Assembly: GCA_047495785.1 (NCBI GenBank)
Contig: JBLDXI010000033.1
Span: forward strand, 2,232,001-2,296,000
Direction: 5' to 3'
Length of the DNA stretch: 64,000 bases
Source: Lepidodermella squamata
Taxonomy: Eukaryota; Animalia; Gastrotricha
Shown here one piece after another: positions 13,601 through 26,533 of this stretch. Both the position numbers and the translations under genes were made by a program. The first letter of the stretch is position 1; every line of letters starts with the position of its first letter. A model generated the notes under the pieces. The model ran no database searches and was not told the origin of the DNA. It saw nothing but the letters and a program-made list of their open reading frames with translations.

Positions 13601-14797
13601 TTTAAAGGTAATAAAATTTATGATCTCATCATAAACAGCTACTACAATAGCGACACCTCTGCTGAAAGGTGTTTTCTCATTTGCTCACCGTTTTGTCACG
13701 AGTTGGCGTGATATAGCTTTTTATATGAAGCCTCCGGCAGTGATATGGCGCGAATTGGCGATGACTTGCCACACTTGTCGTGTCGTGGCGAAAAAAGTGC
13801 GCGCCAACTCGACCTCGGCGTTCAATTTTCACCTCAAGCTTTCCTTTAAAAGTTCAAAGGCGCCGCCGCACAACGCTGGCAAGCTCAACTGGGGCGCGTT
13901 GCCGATAACACTTCCATTGCGTGAATAGCAGCAGCAGCGGTGCATTTATCTAGCTGTCTCACTTCGAGTTGAGTGGGTTTACAAGTTTACGATTGACTCT
14001 ACTGCTGGTGGTGGTGGTGGTGGGCAGTTGGAAGAAGTTTAAAGCGCAACACGCGCGCGACAATGCCCGGCGCCGCCGCGAAAGAGCTCGTTCGAGTGTG
14101 AGAGGATGCGCATTTGTTTAATGACAACGGTGACAAGTTCTCTCTATCTATCTCGGGGTATTAAGCAGTAGTTTATTACAAGTACTTGAAGCGAAGCAGC
14201 GACTCGAGCAGCGCCTGTCGACAAAGCCGCGCGAAAAGCCACCCGCCAGCCAGCGGTGGCGATGGTGCAAAAACTAAACACAATGGCTTCATTACGCGGC
14301 CGGAACCTTATCGAGCATCTTAATTCGCGGCGGTGTCGCAAGTGCATCAACGCCGGACAAAGCACCGACGTGTTCGATATAGCCGCAAGTGTTAACGCGT
14401 CACCTCGGCCGTATTTACGCGCGAGCACAGAAAACGTGAGCGAGATGATGTTAAAAAATGAGCTAAATCAGATAATGAGTGAAAAAATGACTAACCTGCC
14501 GCTTTTTGTGATGACCATTTCGGTACCGAGGCCGTGGAATTGCGTCCACAACTCACGGCAGTCGAGTTCGACTTTGGGGTCGTCGATTTTGCCAGGTGCG
14601 TCGTCGCCTGATTCGTTTTGGCGACCGTTGACAACGAGGTCTTCAGGCGATGAAGATGCCGAAGATGAGCCGAGTAGGGCATTAGCCCCACCCGAAGATG
14701 CCGACGAAGACGGCAGGCCAGTATTCGGCAACGACTGCGGCCCTGGCATCTGCGGTGCTGGCGGATACAGCATGAACGGAGCGAATGGCAGCATCAT
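7666..14797 (-). CDS. TBX2: T-box transcription factor Tbx2/3 (optomotor-blind orthologue); exons 14797-14496, 13246-12979, 11528-11382, 11313-11237, 9118-7666
   Basis: Complete T-box assembled from GT-AG exons: [80 protein letters not shown], then the GKREKKR typical of Tbx2/3; Q/A/S-rich tail. Confidence 0.92.
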
Positions 14798-15030
14798 TTT
14801 CGTTAACAAAACGTTAACAAAAAACCGCGGTAATTAATAGTGTAGGTTAATTGAAGTAACTTTAAATGAAATCTAGAAAATGAGGAAAGAAGCGTGAGAG
14901 ATGAAGACAACGAGATGGCGGTTAAGTGATACTAGCAGCGCAACAACATTAGAACGGCTAACGTGTTTTAAGTAAGTGGCAAAAACAAGGCAGCTGCCTA
15001 TTATTTGATAACGTCATGCGCTCGTGCGCT

Positions 15031-15054
15031 GATTGGCTGGCGCGCCGGCCAATC
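15031..15054. promoter_or_regulatory. Palindromic pair of inverted CCAAT boxes upstream of Tbx2/3
   Basis: GATTGGCTGGCGCGCCGGCCAATC is a near-perfect palindrome, about 240 bp upstream of the ATG. Confidence 0.5.
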
Positions 15055-18000
15055 AGAGTGCGCGCAAAAGCAAACAAGGCACGAGCGTGTGCGCGCACGT
15101 ACTGGCGGCGCGGTATTGCATGGGCATGTGAAAAACGACATGAACGCTGGTAGCCCGAAAGGCTGCGGTGGTGGTAACCCGAGCGCAGCTAGCTGGCGAT
15201 AGTCGCGGCGCCTCGCTGGCACGCCTGTTTGCCCGGGTGGCGCGCGTCGCGGTGTCGCGGCGTTTGAAGTCGTCGGGTTTACAGCGGCAATAACCGACAA
15301 ACACCGGTGTGTGTGTCACCAGCAGCAGTAGCTCCTGATCTGCTGACTGCTGCTGATGCTGCTGTTGTTGTTGTTCGGGACGCGCTAAATACGGCTAAAT
15401 ATGAGTAAACCACCAAAGACGGGTGCTTTGCTTACCTAGGCGCGTCATTCATTCCGTCACTCCGATGGCGATTACTTGGAAAAGCCAATAAATAAGACGT
15501 TTGTAAAAACAACGGAGGCGCGGCTAGCAAGTAGTAAGTAGTCCGGTCGCGGGTTAAACTGCGGTAACGCGGCTCCGGGCCTCGACCAGGTAACCGTGGC
15601 CAAATACTCTTCAGTGTGGGATCAGTTTGCTTACGAACGCGCATTTCTATGCCTACTCGAAACACCCTTATCGCACGCTAAGCCGATTTAGCCTGTTAAT
15701 TTATCTTAGCTTCGCGGCTGCAGTATTTAGCTCCTTGTCGCCGCTACTGCCGCGCCGTCTTGCCGTCGCCAGCAGAGGGGGAGGAAGAAGACGAAGAAAA
15801 GGCCGGAGTGGAGGTGATAGTGGCACTGGGCGAGGGGCCAGCGAGAAGCCAACGAGAAGGGCAATTAACTGGTTGTGCGTTTATTTAGTGAGACTTGTAG
15901 TAGCGGATAAGGCGGCTGCGACAAGCACTTGAGAGCCGCTGTGAGTCTAATCGCCTCAAGGCCATTTAACGTCGCTTGGAAGCCCAACGCCGGCTCGGCG
16001 ACACCGGCGGCAGTGTCGCCGACGCCGCAACTTAGATAGATGGCAGCAACAACAACACCGCCACAGAAGTGAATAAATACCAGTTGCGGAAATTGTGTTA
16101 CTTGGAAAACGAGCAAGTGATGAGGTGACACATCAAGCAGTGAGCAGCTAATAAAAGCGCCGGTGTAATAAATAAACTGCGCGATCGGGTCACCCGATAA
16201 GGCGCCGAGTGCTGCTGCCGCGTTGCTCGACACCGTTTCGAGACGTGCCAGCTCGGCAGTGCGGAACAGCCGGGCGACAGTTGTTGCGATGGCACTGACA
16301 AGGTAAAAGCGCAACACTTCGCACGAAGCCGCGAAAAGCCCGCGGCAGCCAAAACACAGCGCATGGTGGCAATAAACCCGGATCTATGCGCGAGCGCCAC
16401 CAGGTCAGTGTCACACGCGCACACCTCGAAATTAGTAATAACAATAATAAAAGGCAATAATAATTTGTCAAAATCCACGCCTCGCCTAATTGCCCTAGTT
16501 GCGAGAGAGTGTAACATCTTGGTGCACGAAAGTCAAAATCCGGCTTAATAGAAAAGCGAATAAAAATTGAGCCATATACTCTACAGAAAGGCGAGCGCAT
16601 AATTGCTGTTTTCGAAGGGTCTTTAGAGCACCTGGTGATGGGGTGGCAAAAAACACACACGAGAGCGGTTAATGGCAGCAGGTGGGCGCGCTGCGATCTG
16701 GCGACGGCAAGTATAGCGCCGGGTATAATATTCAAACAACCATTTATCACCGCCGTCGACTTTTCCGCTAATTAGTTCGCGTGAAAGGCGCGGCTTTGAC
16801 TCGACGCGAGGACGTGCGAAGATGAGACGTCGACGACGCCGTGCTAGGTAGGGCCTTCTCTTTGCTCGCTTTGTTGTTTTGCAGGTGGTGGACGAAACGC
16901 CTTTTCAGGCCGCTTTTCACCCGCGAATTATATTGCTATTACAGTTTGCCAACACTTTTGACTCGCACGGGCGATTATTTTAAAAGGCGCGGTTTGCATA
17001 AGTAGTAGGTAGGTAGTGTTTGATTGAAAAATGGAAAATAAATTAAAGTGCCGTCTATTTTTGTTGAATTGGCGCCGTGTCTCTTGATAAATTAATGACG
17101 GCTTTTAGAAGCGTTGCCTTTTCACAGCAGCAGCACCTTGCAACGGGCATGATGTGCTGCAGCCGCCGTTGCTGCTGCCTGACACCCCCACAAAAGTGGG
17201 TCTAATTTTAAATAACAGAAAAACACATATTATTATTCGGCGATTGCGTCAAGAAGCGCGAAGCTCGTGTCAAATTAACGATAGTTTGAAAACAGCCTCG
17301 CTATTAATGGCCTTAAATTTATTACAGGTCGAGCCAGCCCTACCTGCCCCTATTCAAATCCAACACAGCCAGTCGCTGTCATTAATACGATGATGATGAT
17401 GACTACTATTAATATTTTAACTACGATCAGTCAAAAAAGGCCTATCTAGCAATAAAACGTGCAGGTTGGGTGGATTTCGGGATTACTGTCAAAATGCTGG
17501 CGATGCGGTAACACCGGAGCCGGGCACGCGCGAAACCTGGTGGTGGCGAGGGGCTGTTAACAAATTTATTTCGTCGCCACCATGTGATAATCGAATTGTC
17601 AGTTAATAAACACTTGGGTGGCGAACGGACGTCAAGGACCTGTCGAGCGGGCGCGCCTTCCCAGCACCGTGACGCGCGCGGTGATAACGCACGCGCGCAG
17701 GAGTGACGGCGGTAATGTTACCGCGATATCTTGTTTTCGAACAAACACGCGTAAACATGTTCGCATCGAGTGTTGCGCTTCCGGGTGTCCGGTGACAATC
17801 GTTTGTCGGCAGCGGCGGCGGCGGTGGTCGTGAATTGCGTGAAAAACGATAACCGGCAACAAACAGCTCCACCGGGGGGGCTAAATCAGCCGATGATTAA
17901 TTAATCGGGGCAATAAAAAAACTTCCGTGACGAGCAGCCTGACACATCGGGCGCATGGCGTGACGAGTGTGAAATTTATGGCGCCGGGTGGTGCCATCGG

Positions 18001-19502
18001 CCGGCGAGCAGGCGCCTGCGACTGGCACTTGCAGGTAAACACACGACGGGTCACGATACCTGAAGGTAGCTGGGTGGCTTTCTGCTGCTTCTGGCATCAT
18101 TGTTCAACAGCAGCAATGTTGTATTTTGCGCGTCCCGGCGTCTTTATTTTTATTACCCTTCGGCGGCGCGTCACGACACAACAACGAGCAGCGCTAGAGC
18201 CGCCGAGCTGGTGACGGCAGCGGCGGCTGGGCGCGCACTCGGCGCTTGGAAAGGCCTTCTTGCAGCCACGGCGCTTGATTAGCCGCGTAAATGTTTACTC
18301 AAGAGACTACTACCTATACTCCAGAGATACGTGTATAGCTATTTACCGCCACTGACAAGCGATGAGACCACTCGATCACCGTGATGCACCTTTTTCGAGC
18401 GTGCCAACCAAGTGTACGGCGCGATGGCGCGTGTTAAGGCGGCGGCGCGGCGGCTCCTCCGCGGCGTGTTTGTGCCGCTGATTCGTAACTGTTCAGTGAC
18501 GGCGATGACAGCGATTTGCCTTGAGAGGCTCGAAATCCGAAGCCAAGTCAAAACGGCGACCTGTCAAGTTTTGACGTCGCCGTCGCACCGTCAAGCGCCG
18601 CGCTTAACACAACGCGCATTAATTGATAGACACCCTGCGCGCCGTAGCGTTATGACAACCGCGCCTCAAAAACAAAGCGCGCAAAAACGCTGTAGCACCC
18701 GATTTATCATCATCGTCATTGTCTTTTTGATCCTCATTCTCATCAGCATCCGGTTTTGTGCCTCGGCTAATAAAATAATAACGCAATGATGGTGATTCGC
18801 TCAAGTGCTGAGTTGACGAAGACAAGCGCGCCCGTGTTACATTTCAAAGGCGGTCCGCTGCCGAAAAAAGGAACCGCTGCGGGTTGCCAGTTTCTGAAGA
18901 GGCGGTTTGACAAGATCAACATGTCGGTATCACGCCAAGTTGCGGCGGCGGCACGACGCGCGCCAACTCGGTAAACGCTCGCCCCCACGCGCGCACTTGC
19001 CTGCCCGCCTGAGAGAGCGCGGTAATTATCAGGTTTCGATACCGCAACCACTGCCTTGGTCAAGCTCGGCGTTCTAATCATATCTCGAGGCTACGTCGTG
19101 GGCATAGGTCACAGCTTGACTTCAACTTGTCATCGTACAATTAGGTGGTTGCGCCTTCCCACACCCGGCGTGTGACTTTCCACAGCCTTCGGTTTTTCGG
19201 TGCTTTGGCGGCTTTCACGCAAAACGTGAGATATCGATCGGCTGTTTGCTCAGCATGCCATATCTTTTAAGGCGGCTGACTAACACCAAAAGAAGTCTAA
19301 TTACAAATCACCCGTTTACAAAACACCTTGGTATAGGCGATTTTATTCCGAACGTGAGATAAAAACATTGCGACATTCGTTGCACATTTCAGACGTCATA
19401 ATAAACCATCAGTAACAAAAGGCCTGTAAGATAAAAAACAAGATAAAAGGCGGCTAACGTCTGATCGCAACATATCCTAAACAATGTAACTTCATGAAGA
19501 CA

Positions 19503-19574
19503 AGCAGAGTGGCGCAGTGGAAGCGCGCTGGGCCCATAACCCAGAGGTCTGTAGATCGAAACTACGCTCTGCTA
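19503..19574 (+). tRNA. Initiator tRNA-Met (CAT)
   Basis: 72 nt AGCAGAGTGGCGCAG..GGGCCCATAACCC..GATCGAAA..CTCTGCTA; A1-U72 pair, three G-C anticodon-stem pairs and GATCG T-loop typical of eukaryotic iMet; T-run terminator downstream. Confidence 0.96.
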
Positions 19575-19620
19575 GTTGTCATTATTTTTGTTATACAATG
19601 ATTCATAAATTTGTGTGCAT

Positions 19621-19628
19621 ATGCAAAT
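19621..19628 (+). promoter_or_regulatory. Octamer motif upstream of U1
   Basis: ATGCAAAT about 70 bp upstream of the U1 5' end; octamers are known snRNA enhancer elements but usually lie further upstream. Confidence 0.35.
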
Positions 19629-19692
19629 GAGGCAGGATGGAAATGTTCGTGTTATCGCTGGACGGCGAGAGTCGCGCAAAGCTATTGCCACT

Positions 19693-19852
19693 AAACTTAC
19701 CTGGCACTGGGATGTCCCGCGATCAACAAGGCGGGCGCCCCAAGGCGAGGCGTGCCATTGCACTTCGGCGCGCTGACCCTTGCGCTTTGCCTCATCGGCG
19801 GAGTCGGGTGCAAAATATTTCACTTGGGTATCGGCGTTCGCGCCACACCCGA
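19693..19852 (+). ncRNA. RNU1: U1 snRNA
   Basis: 5' AAACTTACCTG; helix H GCAC/GTGC; stem-loop I with GATCAACAAG loop (U1-70K site); stem-loop II with CATTGCAC loop (U1A site); stem-loop III; terminal stem-loop IV with TTCG loop; about 160 nt. Confidence 0.93.
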
Positions 19853-22081
19853 AAATCCAAGAATAAATTTCTGAGCTCTGACAAGATGCTCAACTCTTTT
19901 TCCTGTAACGACTTCCTTCCACTTTCAAATTTGGCCATAAGCCCATCCAGCGGTCATAGCGATCAACTTGGAAATGATAGGTACAAAGTCGAACCATATA
20001 CACTTTGGCACCCGTTTTAGCATTCTTAGCGGGAAATTCACTCATTCCAGCTCCAATTCTCGATAGCTTCAAGAAATTGATGCTGTGTGGTATGTGGAAG
20101 CTGAAAGATAAGAATGCTGAAATATCTTAGCTTTTCGAAATGCTACCTATGCAGTGGAATCAAGAATCAGGCTCTTTAGCAAAACCTGAACATTGCGAAC
20201 CATTACCGAAGTTGAGAATCAGCTGTGTTAAAGAGCAGTGAATAACTCGGAAAGAAAAACGCTACAAAACCATGGTTGGCGTGATTTTTCATCCCTTGCT
20301 GGGGTCAATGTAAATCTTCGATCTCGGATGATCGACCTGGTATGGTCGAATGTTAGGGTCGAAAATACCGCAGGACCGATCACTCTTCTCAGTCTTCCTT
20401 TTTTCACCCTCAAGGGAAGGAGACTCAAATGGGCTGGTGGCCACTGGCCACTGGTTTGAGACCTCATAGAAGCCTCTCCCTGGAGACGAAGTGTCCGTAA
20501 ATAAAAAAAGCGAGCCTAATGCACAGGAACCTTGACGCGTTGGGCTCGCTTGACGTTTAGCCAGCCTTCGGACCTCGCCTGAGGCCGAGGCCTATTCAGT
20601 TGCCTAATACCAGTGCCACGACCTGCAAGTCGACATGCCCCATTAGGGATACATTGCTCCGAATGAGTGATCGTCCTCCGGAGCCCGATGTGGCCCCTTT
20701 CTAGCAGCCCTCCCTCGGATGAAACTCTTTGCAGTGACATACGCCACTGTACCCGGCGAGACCCACTGTCCCGCCTTGACCTCTTTTTCCCACGCCCAGC
20801 CTAATCCAAAGTTGAAAATCCAGCTTTTCCCGGTCTACCGATGGCGTGTTTTGAGACCGATACCGGACCTGGAACGGACCGGGAACGGCGTCGGTCGACC
20901 GGACCTGTTTCCAACGCTGCCTCAAAGACCTTGAGATTGAACTCCGGAAAAATATGCAAACCCTTAGTCATCGTCAACACTTTTATTCGCTTTTCATCGC
21001 AATTGCAACAATATGATTAAAACATATTACACATCTTATTTTCGATCCATAAAACTGTAAGCCAATTAAATTCGCCAATAATTTATGATTTGTTAGACCG
21101 CGCGCAGTCAGGAAAGTTCACGATCAATAACATATAGCATCATCCTCAACGTAATTGGAATCATTCGAAAAAAAATCATAGAGGAAGCTGATACATTTCA
21201 AAACTAGCTGACGTCATAATTTCCTGTAATTCTAGACTTTTAATCTAATCTGAGTAGAAAAAGCATTTAGCAATAAATTAATATGATTTTATACAACCGA
21301 AATTACGCCGATAAGGTTGCAATCATCTATCATAAAAAGCACCAGTACCATCTAATGGCGTAGTTGCCATCGTCAGATCTGAAATACTACTGTGATTGTG
21401 TGTGAACATGAAAATATAAGCTACGTGGGGACTAAAAAGAGGGAAATATCAAAAGCAAGGTCAAGTATGTATATCATAATCACAAAAATAATTTATTTGT
21501 GGGTTAATCTTATTTCTTTTGATGTGTCGACTTCAATTAGTAGGAAGAACCTTTGGACCTCGATGTAATGCCGATATCACAAGCATTCGATGAAGATAAA
21601 TAAAAAACATAGATGCATAAAATGGTTGTTAGCACTTTCCATTAGATCGATGGATATTCGCTATGTAAGTAAGTAACATAGCACGGGTTGGTTACAACCA
21701 TAAAACGCAGAGCCACTGGGAAGATCGTATTGTTTTTTACACTTTTGCTGTATTCCAAAGCTTTACAATATAAGATAGCGCAATAATGTAAGCACAGAGG
21801 AATATTGTAAAACAGGGCAAGATGCCGATTGCAGCTGAACGGCTATTAGTACTGAAACAGCGAAGCGATTTTTGAAGCAGAAACAGGAGAAAATTAATTG
21901 GCCATCGTAAAAAAACACTAGTTTTCAGGTATAACAAAAACGGCACATGAAACGGCCCTAAATGGCTGCGTTGTATAAAATAGCAAGAGAGGAGAGTTTC
22001 ACAACTAAAGAAGAAATTATTGACTTATTATTGGCCGAGAAAATCACCGAACGTAGTTTCGAATAGGTAGATAAATTAGAG

Positions 22082-25000
22082 TTATTTTTTCTTTTTAGAC
22101 GGCTGCTCCTCGAGCTTACTCGGCAGCAGCAGGCTGGTGGTCGAAGTCCGGCTGGGCGTGATCGACGAGGAAGAGGCCGTGGCGGGGCCGCCGCGGTGGA
22201 AGCTGCTCGTCGACGAGGTCGGCGCCGAGTTGATCTGCGACGACGGCGAACCGGCGCTGGGGCCCGAAAAACTGGCCAAGTGGTGAGGTATCGAAGAGGA
22301 CGAGAGAACGCCACTGCTGTTGCGACTCGACGCCAGCGACGGATTCGGTGGCGAAGTTTGGTGGCTATGCATCGGCGAGTTGTTATCAGAGGCAAATGCT
22401 GCAAAATATAATGAAAATATTAATAATCGGATTAAAAGTCCTTCATCTTTGATAATTATTTACTCGCCTAGAAATTGTCTATCAAGTCAATAAAACCTGG
22501 AGAATACATGCTACAGAGATCATTTTCTTTCTTTCTCGACTGTCGGAGACGAGTAACTGCAGTAATTTTTTGTTTTTTGTAATGCCAGCGAGTTCCACCT
22601 TAAAAAATCCTCTTTCGAGAAGAACAAAAAACCTTTTTTACAGCTCAATTTTCAACCAAATTTGAAATGAATCGGTCTTATATCAATTGCAGAAAAATCC
22701 ATGTTTGAAGTGTTTGAGTCTTTTGGAAAAAAATTAAGGTAGAAAGTAACTGCGTAGCAATGCATAGAACTGCGATGCTACATTGCACTTCCGCAATAAC
22801 GAAGTCGCCGCGCCAGTCTATGAGTTTCGTAATAACGGCTTTTCGTTATATATATTGAAAGCTGATTAAAGACGGAGCCGCTCAACTTATTTCGTTATAT
22901 TGGAGTTGCACATCCTATAGTGAAGGTGCACTGTATCTGCATAAAAAAAACATGCACCAGCAGTTGCATTCTCGCGCTCAGTGGGAGATAGAACCCATGA
23001 AAAAGCATGGTGATTCTTTGGATTGAACGAAAAAAAAATACAGGATTTTAACTGGTGTTAACTCAAGATCAACAAAATTGGATAAAGAAATTCGCTGTAC
23101 CGGTTATCTCGGCAAGTCTCAAATTCTGCAGATATGTAATATTTTGGATTTTGGCACGAAATTAATAGCATATTTCAAGGCAACCTACAATGGGCATGAT
23201 GTAAATGCTGTTCCTGCATCTGAATTTGCTGTTGTTTCAGCTTATTTTTCTGCTCTTCAACTTTAGCACGCTCCTGAAGATTGAGGTCAGTTTGCCGCTG
23301 TAAAATCTCCTTCTGCTGCGCCAACTTTTCCTTAGCAATGCGAATTTCCTCTTTCTCTCGTTTGATTTCATTAGTTTCACGCTCGCACTGCTCGATATGC
23401 TGCCGGCGCATATCGCTCAGGTACATGAATGATTTGTCAATATCAACCCGTTTTTTGACTAGTTCCTCCCTGTCTTGCTGCAGCGAATCCCGAAGTCGTT
23501 CGAGACTCGTTTTTTCTTCGCGAAGATCTTCCAATTTCGCCAGGTAGGATGGATGCGATCGAATATCAACCAACTGCTGTCGTTGGCTAACTACTTCTTT
23601 CTGCAGATCGCTGACACTGGCTAGAATGCTGTGAAGTGAAGTAAGCCACGCGGCGGTGCAAGCTCGCCAGTCAGGTGGGTCCAGCTGTGAACTCTCCGAC
23701 GTATTCACGCTAGTAATGCTGCCGCCCAATTTCTGACGAGATGCGCTCAAATCGGCCAATTCAAACGACCGCTGCATATCCTCAATCAGTTGCCGCAAGT
23801 CACGATCAGCGGTCATTACCCGCTCGTCGCTGGCCTCAATCGCCAGACGCGTTGAAGTGCGAATATCAGTCAACCGAGTCGCGGCAAATGCGTCCTTGAG
23901 AAGCGCATTTTTCGATGCGCACAGCTCATCAATCTGCTGCTGGACGTTCGATAATTCATTGAAAATCGATTTAGCATCGCTGCGCTGGGTCGTTCCTCCA
24001 TTCACTGAACCGACCTGCGCATCGACCATCGCCTCCTTCAACTGCCGCATCCACTCACGCCAGTTGTCGGTATTTGGGCATTTGAATTCGTATAGATCCG
24101 CCGCGGTTTCATCTTCATTTGGACTGATAATATAAATTACTTTCGATTTAGCACCATCAACCGAGGCCTGGACGACTGCGGTTCGCAGGCTGAGAACAGG
24201 CTGGCGGTTGCCGGATGAGAACAGCGCGTACCGATTGTTATCGCCACTCGTTTCCGATAACAGAACAAAAACATCTGTCATCAAGAGGCACAGAGTCTCT
24301 CGATACCCTTTTGACGTTCTCAGTTGTAATGTGCCGTAGAATCGCAACTGTCGCCCATCAGCGGCTAATTCCGCTTTCCCGAATTTTCGACCCTGTAAAA
24401 TTAAAGATTTCGATTATAACAGAAAAAATCGAATTATGCAGTAATAAAGTACCTGGAATGTGCATGAAGATCTGACGTCAAAATTACTGCGAATCGATGC
24501 GAGCTTTTCGCGTTTTGTCTGTCGATCGAGCTGCTCATTGACGTGGCTGGCGACTTGACGAACGGCGACGAGCGCGCGGTTCATTTCTTCTTTTTCGCGG
24601 TCGTCAGTAACGTACTTGCAAATGGCCTGTACGAGCAGCGGCATCTGTGTGATGCGCTGGGTGATTCGCAAGCGGCATTCGGGAATTCCCATGCGCTGAC
24701 TGGCTTCATTTGCTTTGCATTTCAATACAAAAGCCGCAAAATCCTGAAAGCAAATCCAAGTTTCAGAAATGAAATAATTATTTTCCATATTATTATCCTG
24801 CTCATCATTCTATGATGATAACTATATTATACTCATTTCAGACTGCTAAGGCGTTCCAATTAACTTTTCATTCGCAAAAAAGTAAGAACGCTCACCTTAT
24901 TCTCGGCATACAGTTCGTCGTATTTTTTCTTTGCCGGATATTGATGCAAAATGAACTGGGCATACAAATTGCTGAACGCAGCTCCTCGTTCACCGGTAAA

Positions 25001-26533
25001 CTGATTTAGAAGTAAATCAGAAAACATATGAATCTGACGATCTAGCCGCTCCTTTTGCCGAGAGCGAAGGGTGTTGAGGAAACTGGCATGCTCCTTCATG
25101 AGTTCGTTTAAATTAGGAAATAGAGTCGAAAGGGTAGATTCGTCCATGCCGAATTCTTCTTTGAGGGGCCGACGAAAAACACGATCAAGCAAAGTTAAAA
25201 TTCGAAGGTGATGCTGCTCAGTTCGAATAAATTCCCAGATAGAATCTTGTAGTTTGCGTTGACGCGAGTTCAAAGTTCCAAGCAACGCTGGATGATGTTC
25301 ATCGCACCATTCAGACCAATTTGGCTTATCGTCGTCGTCAGCGGAAGGCTGCGTGGCGACAACCGAAGCACCAGGTGTGGCAATCACTCCCGTAACTTGA
25401 TCCGGGCGAGCTGTGGCCGATGGAAGACTATTGCGGCGACGAAGTCCCGAGGAGCCGGACGCCGAATCGCGTCGAGGTTGCGTCGAGGGATCAACTATAG
25501 ACTCAGGCGCCTCCTCAGTCTCGGGTGTATGCAGATCGGTAAACGAACGAGAGTGAGCGATACGTTGGATGCTTAAATCGCCATCACCCGTGGCTGTAAC
25601 AGCGCTGTACAAATGGTCAATTAACCCGTTGAATTGGGAAAAACTTGACAGATTGCCATTGGAAGCTCTTCCATTTTCGATAACATCTTTCTTCGGACTA
25701 GGAGGGAAAAATTGGGCGATTTCAGTTTGTTGCTCACCCACATCAACCCCAGCGTTCTTCAGCTCATCGCAATAACTAGTCAACTTTGCGACACTCTCGT
25801 TTAGAGGAGTAGCAGAAACGTCTTGGATCATGGGATAACCACTGACTAATTGATTATGAGATAAGGCTGCATCAGTAAGCGCTTGCACTTCAGTCAATGA
25901 CAGTCGACTCAAGCGATCACAAATATCTCCATCAGCCAAATCCACCGGGGAGAAGCCATTCGGAGCTTTCAGACTTAGTAACTCCAGGCAACCAGGTAGG
26001 GTGACAATGAGGCGGTTCAGTGTCTTTTCCAGGCCCAAGTAGGCAACGAGATGCAGAAGGGTAAGGCGAGGCGTGTGCTGACTAGGATCAATTTCGATCA
26101 CGTGGCTCATCAAAGCGACGGATAAAGCCGCATCAAAAGCGCCCATCAGTCCATTTGACACTTTTTCAATGACACTGATATCGCAATCAAGGCAATTGGC
26201 GTTTTTTGCTAAATAGGCTGCGAGAGGGTCGATAGGATCGGCGGTAAATGCAAATTTGGTTGAAAACATTTGCTCAATTTCACTCGTTTTGGAGATGGCA
26301 ATGACAGTCAATGTTGCTGACGAAGGTTTTAGCACCGACGGAATTGGACAAACTAGGCAGCAAACATTGAATACGTTCGCGCTAACAACGTATCGCATTT
26401 GACTTTCATCCTCAAACACGACACAGTATGTTCGGTTGCTATCAAAAGAAACACAACGACTTTTCACTTTGATATATCCACCACTGTAACAAGGCGTCGA
26501 GGTAGGCTGAACGATGAATTGCTCCGCGGTCAT
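22082..26533 (-). CDS. Lbc-family RhoGEF (AKAP13/ARHGEF28-like); exons 26533-24896, 24743-24453, 24392-23189, 22398-22082
   Basis: N-terminal ankyrin-like TLLHLVAYLGL..PG..LSLKAPNGFSPVDLA, as in AKAP13/ARHGEF28; DH domain (QDSIWEFIRTEQHH..ITQRITQMPLLV), PH domain and coiled coil; splice phases consistent. Confidence 0.85.

Noticed and set aside
9250-19081. Dozens of Arg/Ala-rich ORFs in Tbx2/3 introns and upstream DNA
   Set aside because: Expected by chance in GC-rich non-coding DNA; no domain signatures
20510-20960. RNase P, SRP or telomerase RNA candidate
   Set aside because: AGTTCAAT and TGGAAAC occur in the wrong order for RNase P; no SRP helix-8 motif or full telomeric template
22750-22800. 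Intronic hairpin with CATTGCAC (miR-25/92-like seed, U1A-like loop)
   Set aside because: The motif lies outside the stem and the rest does not match miR-92 or U1
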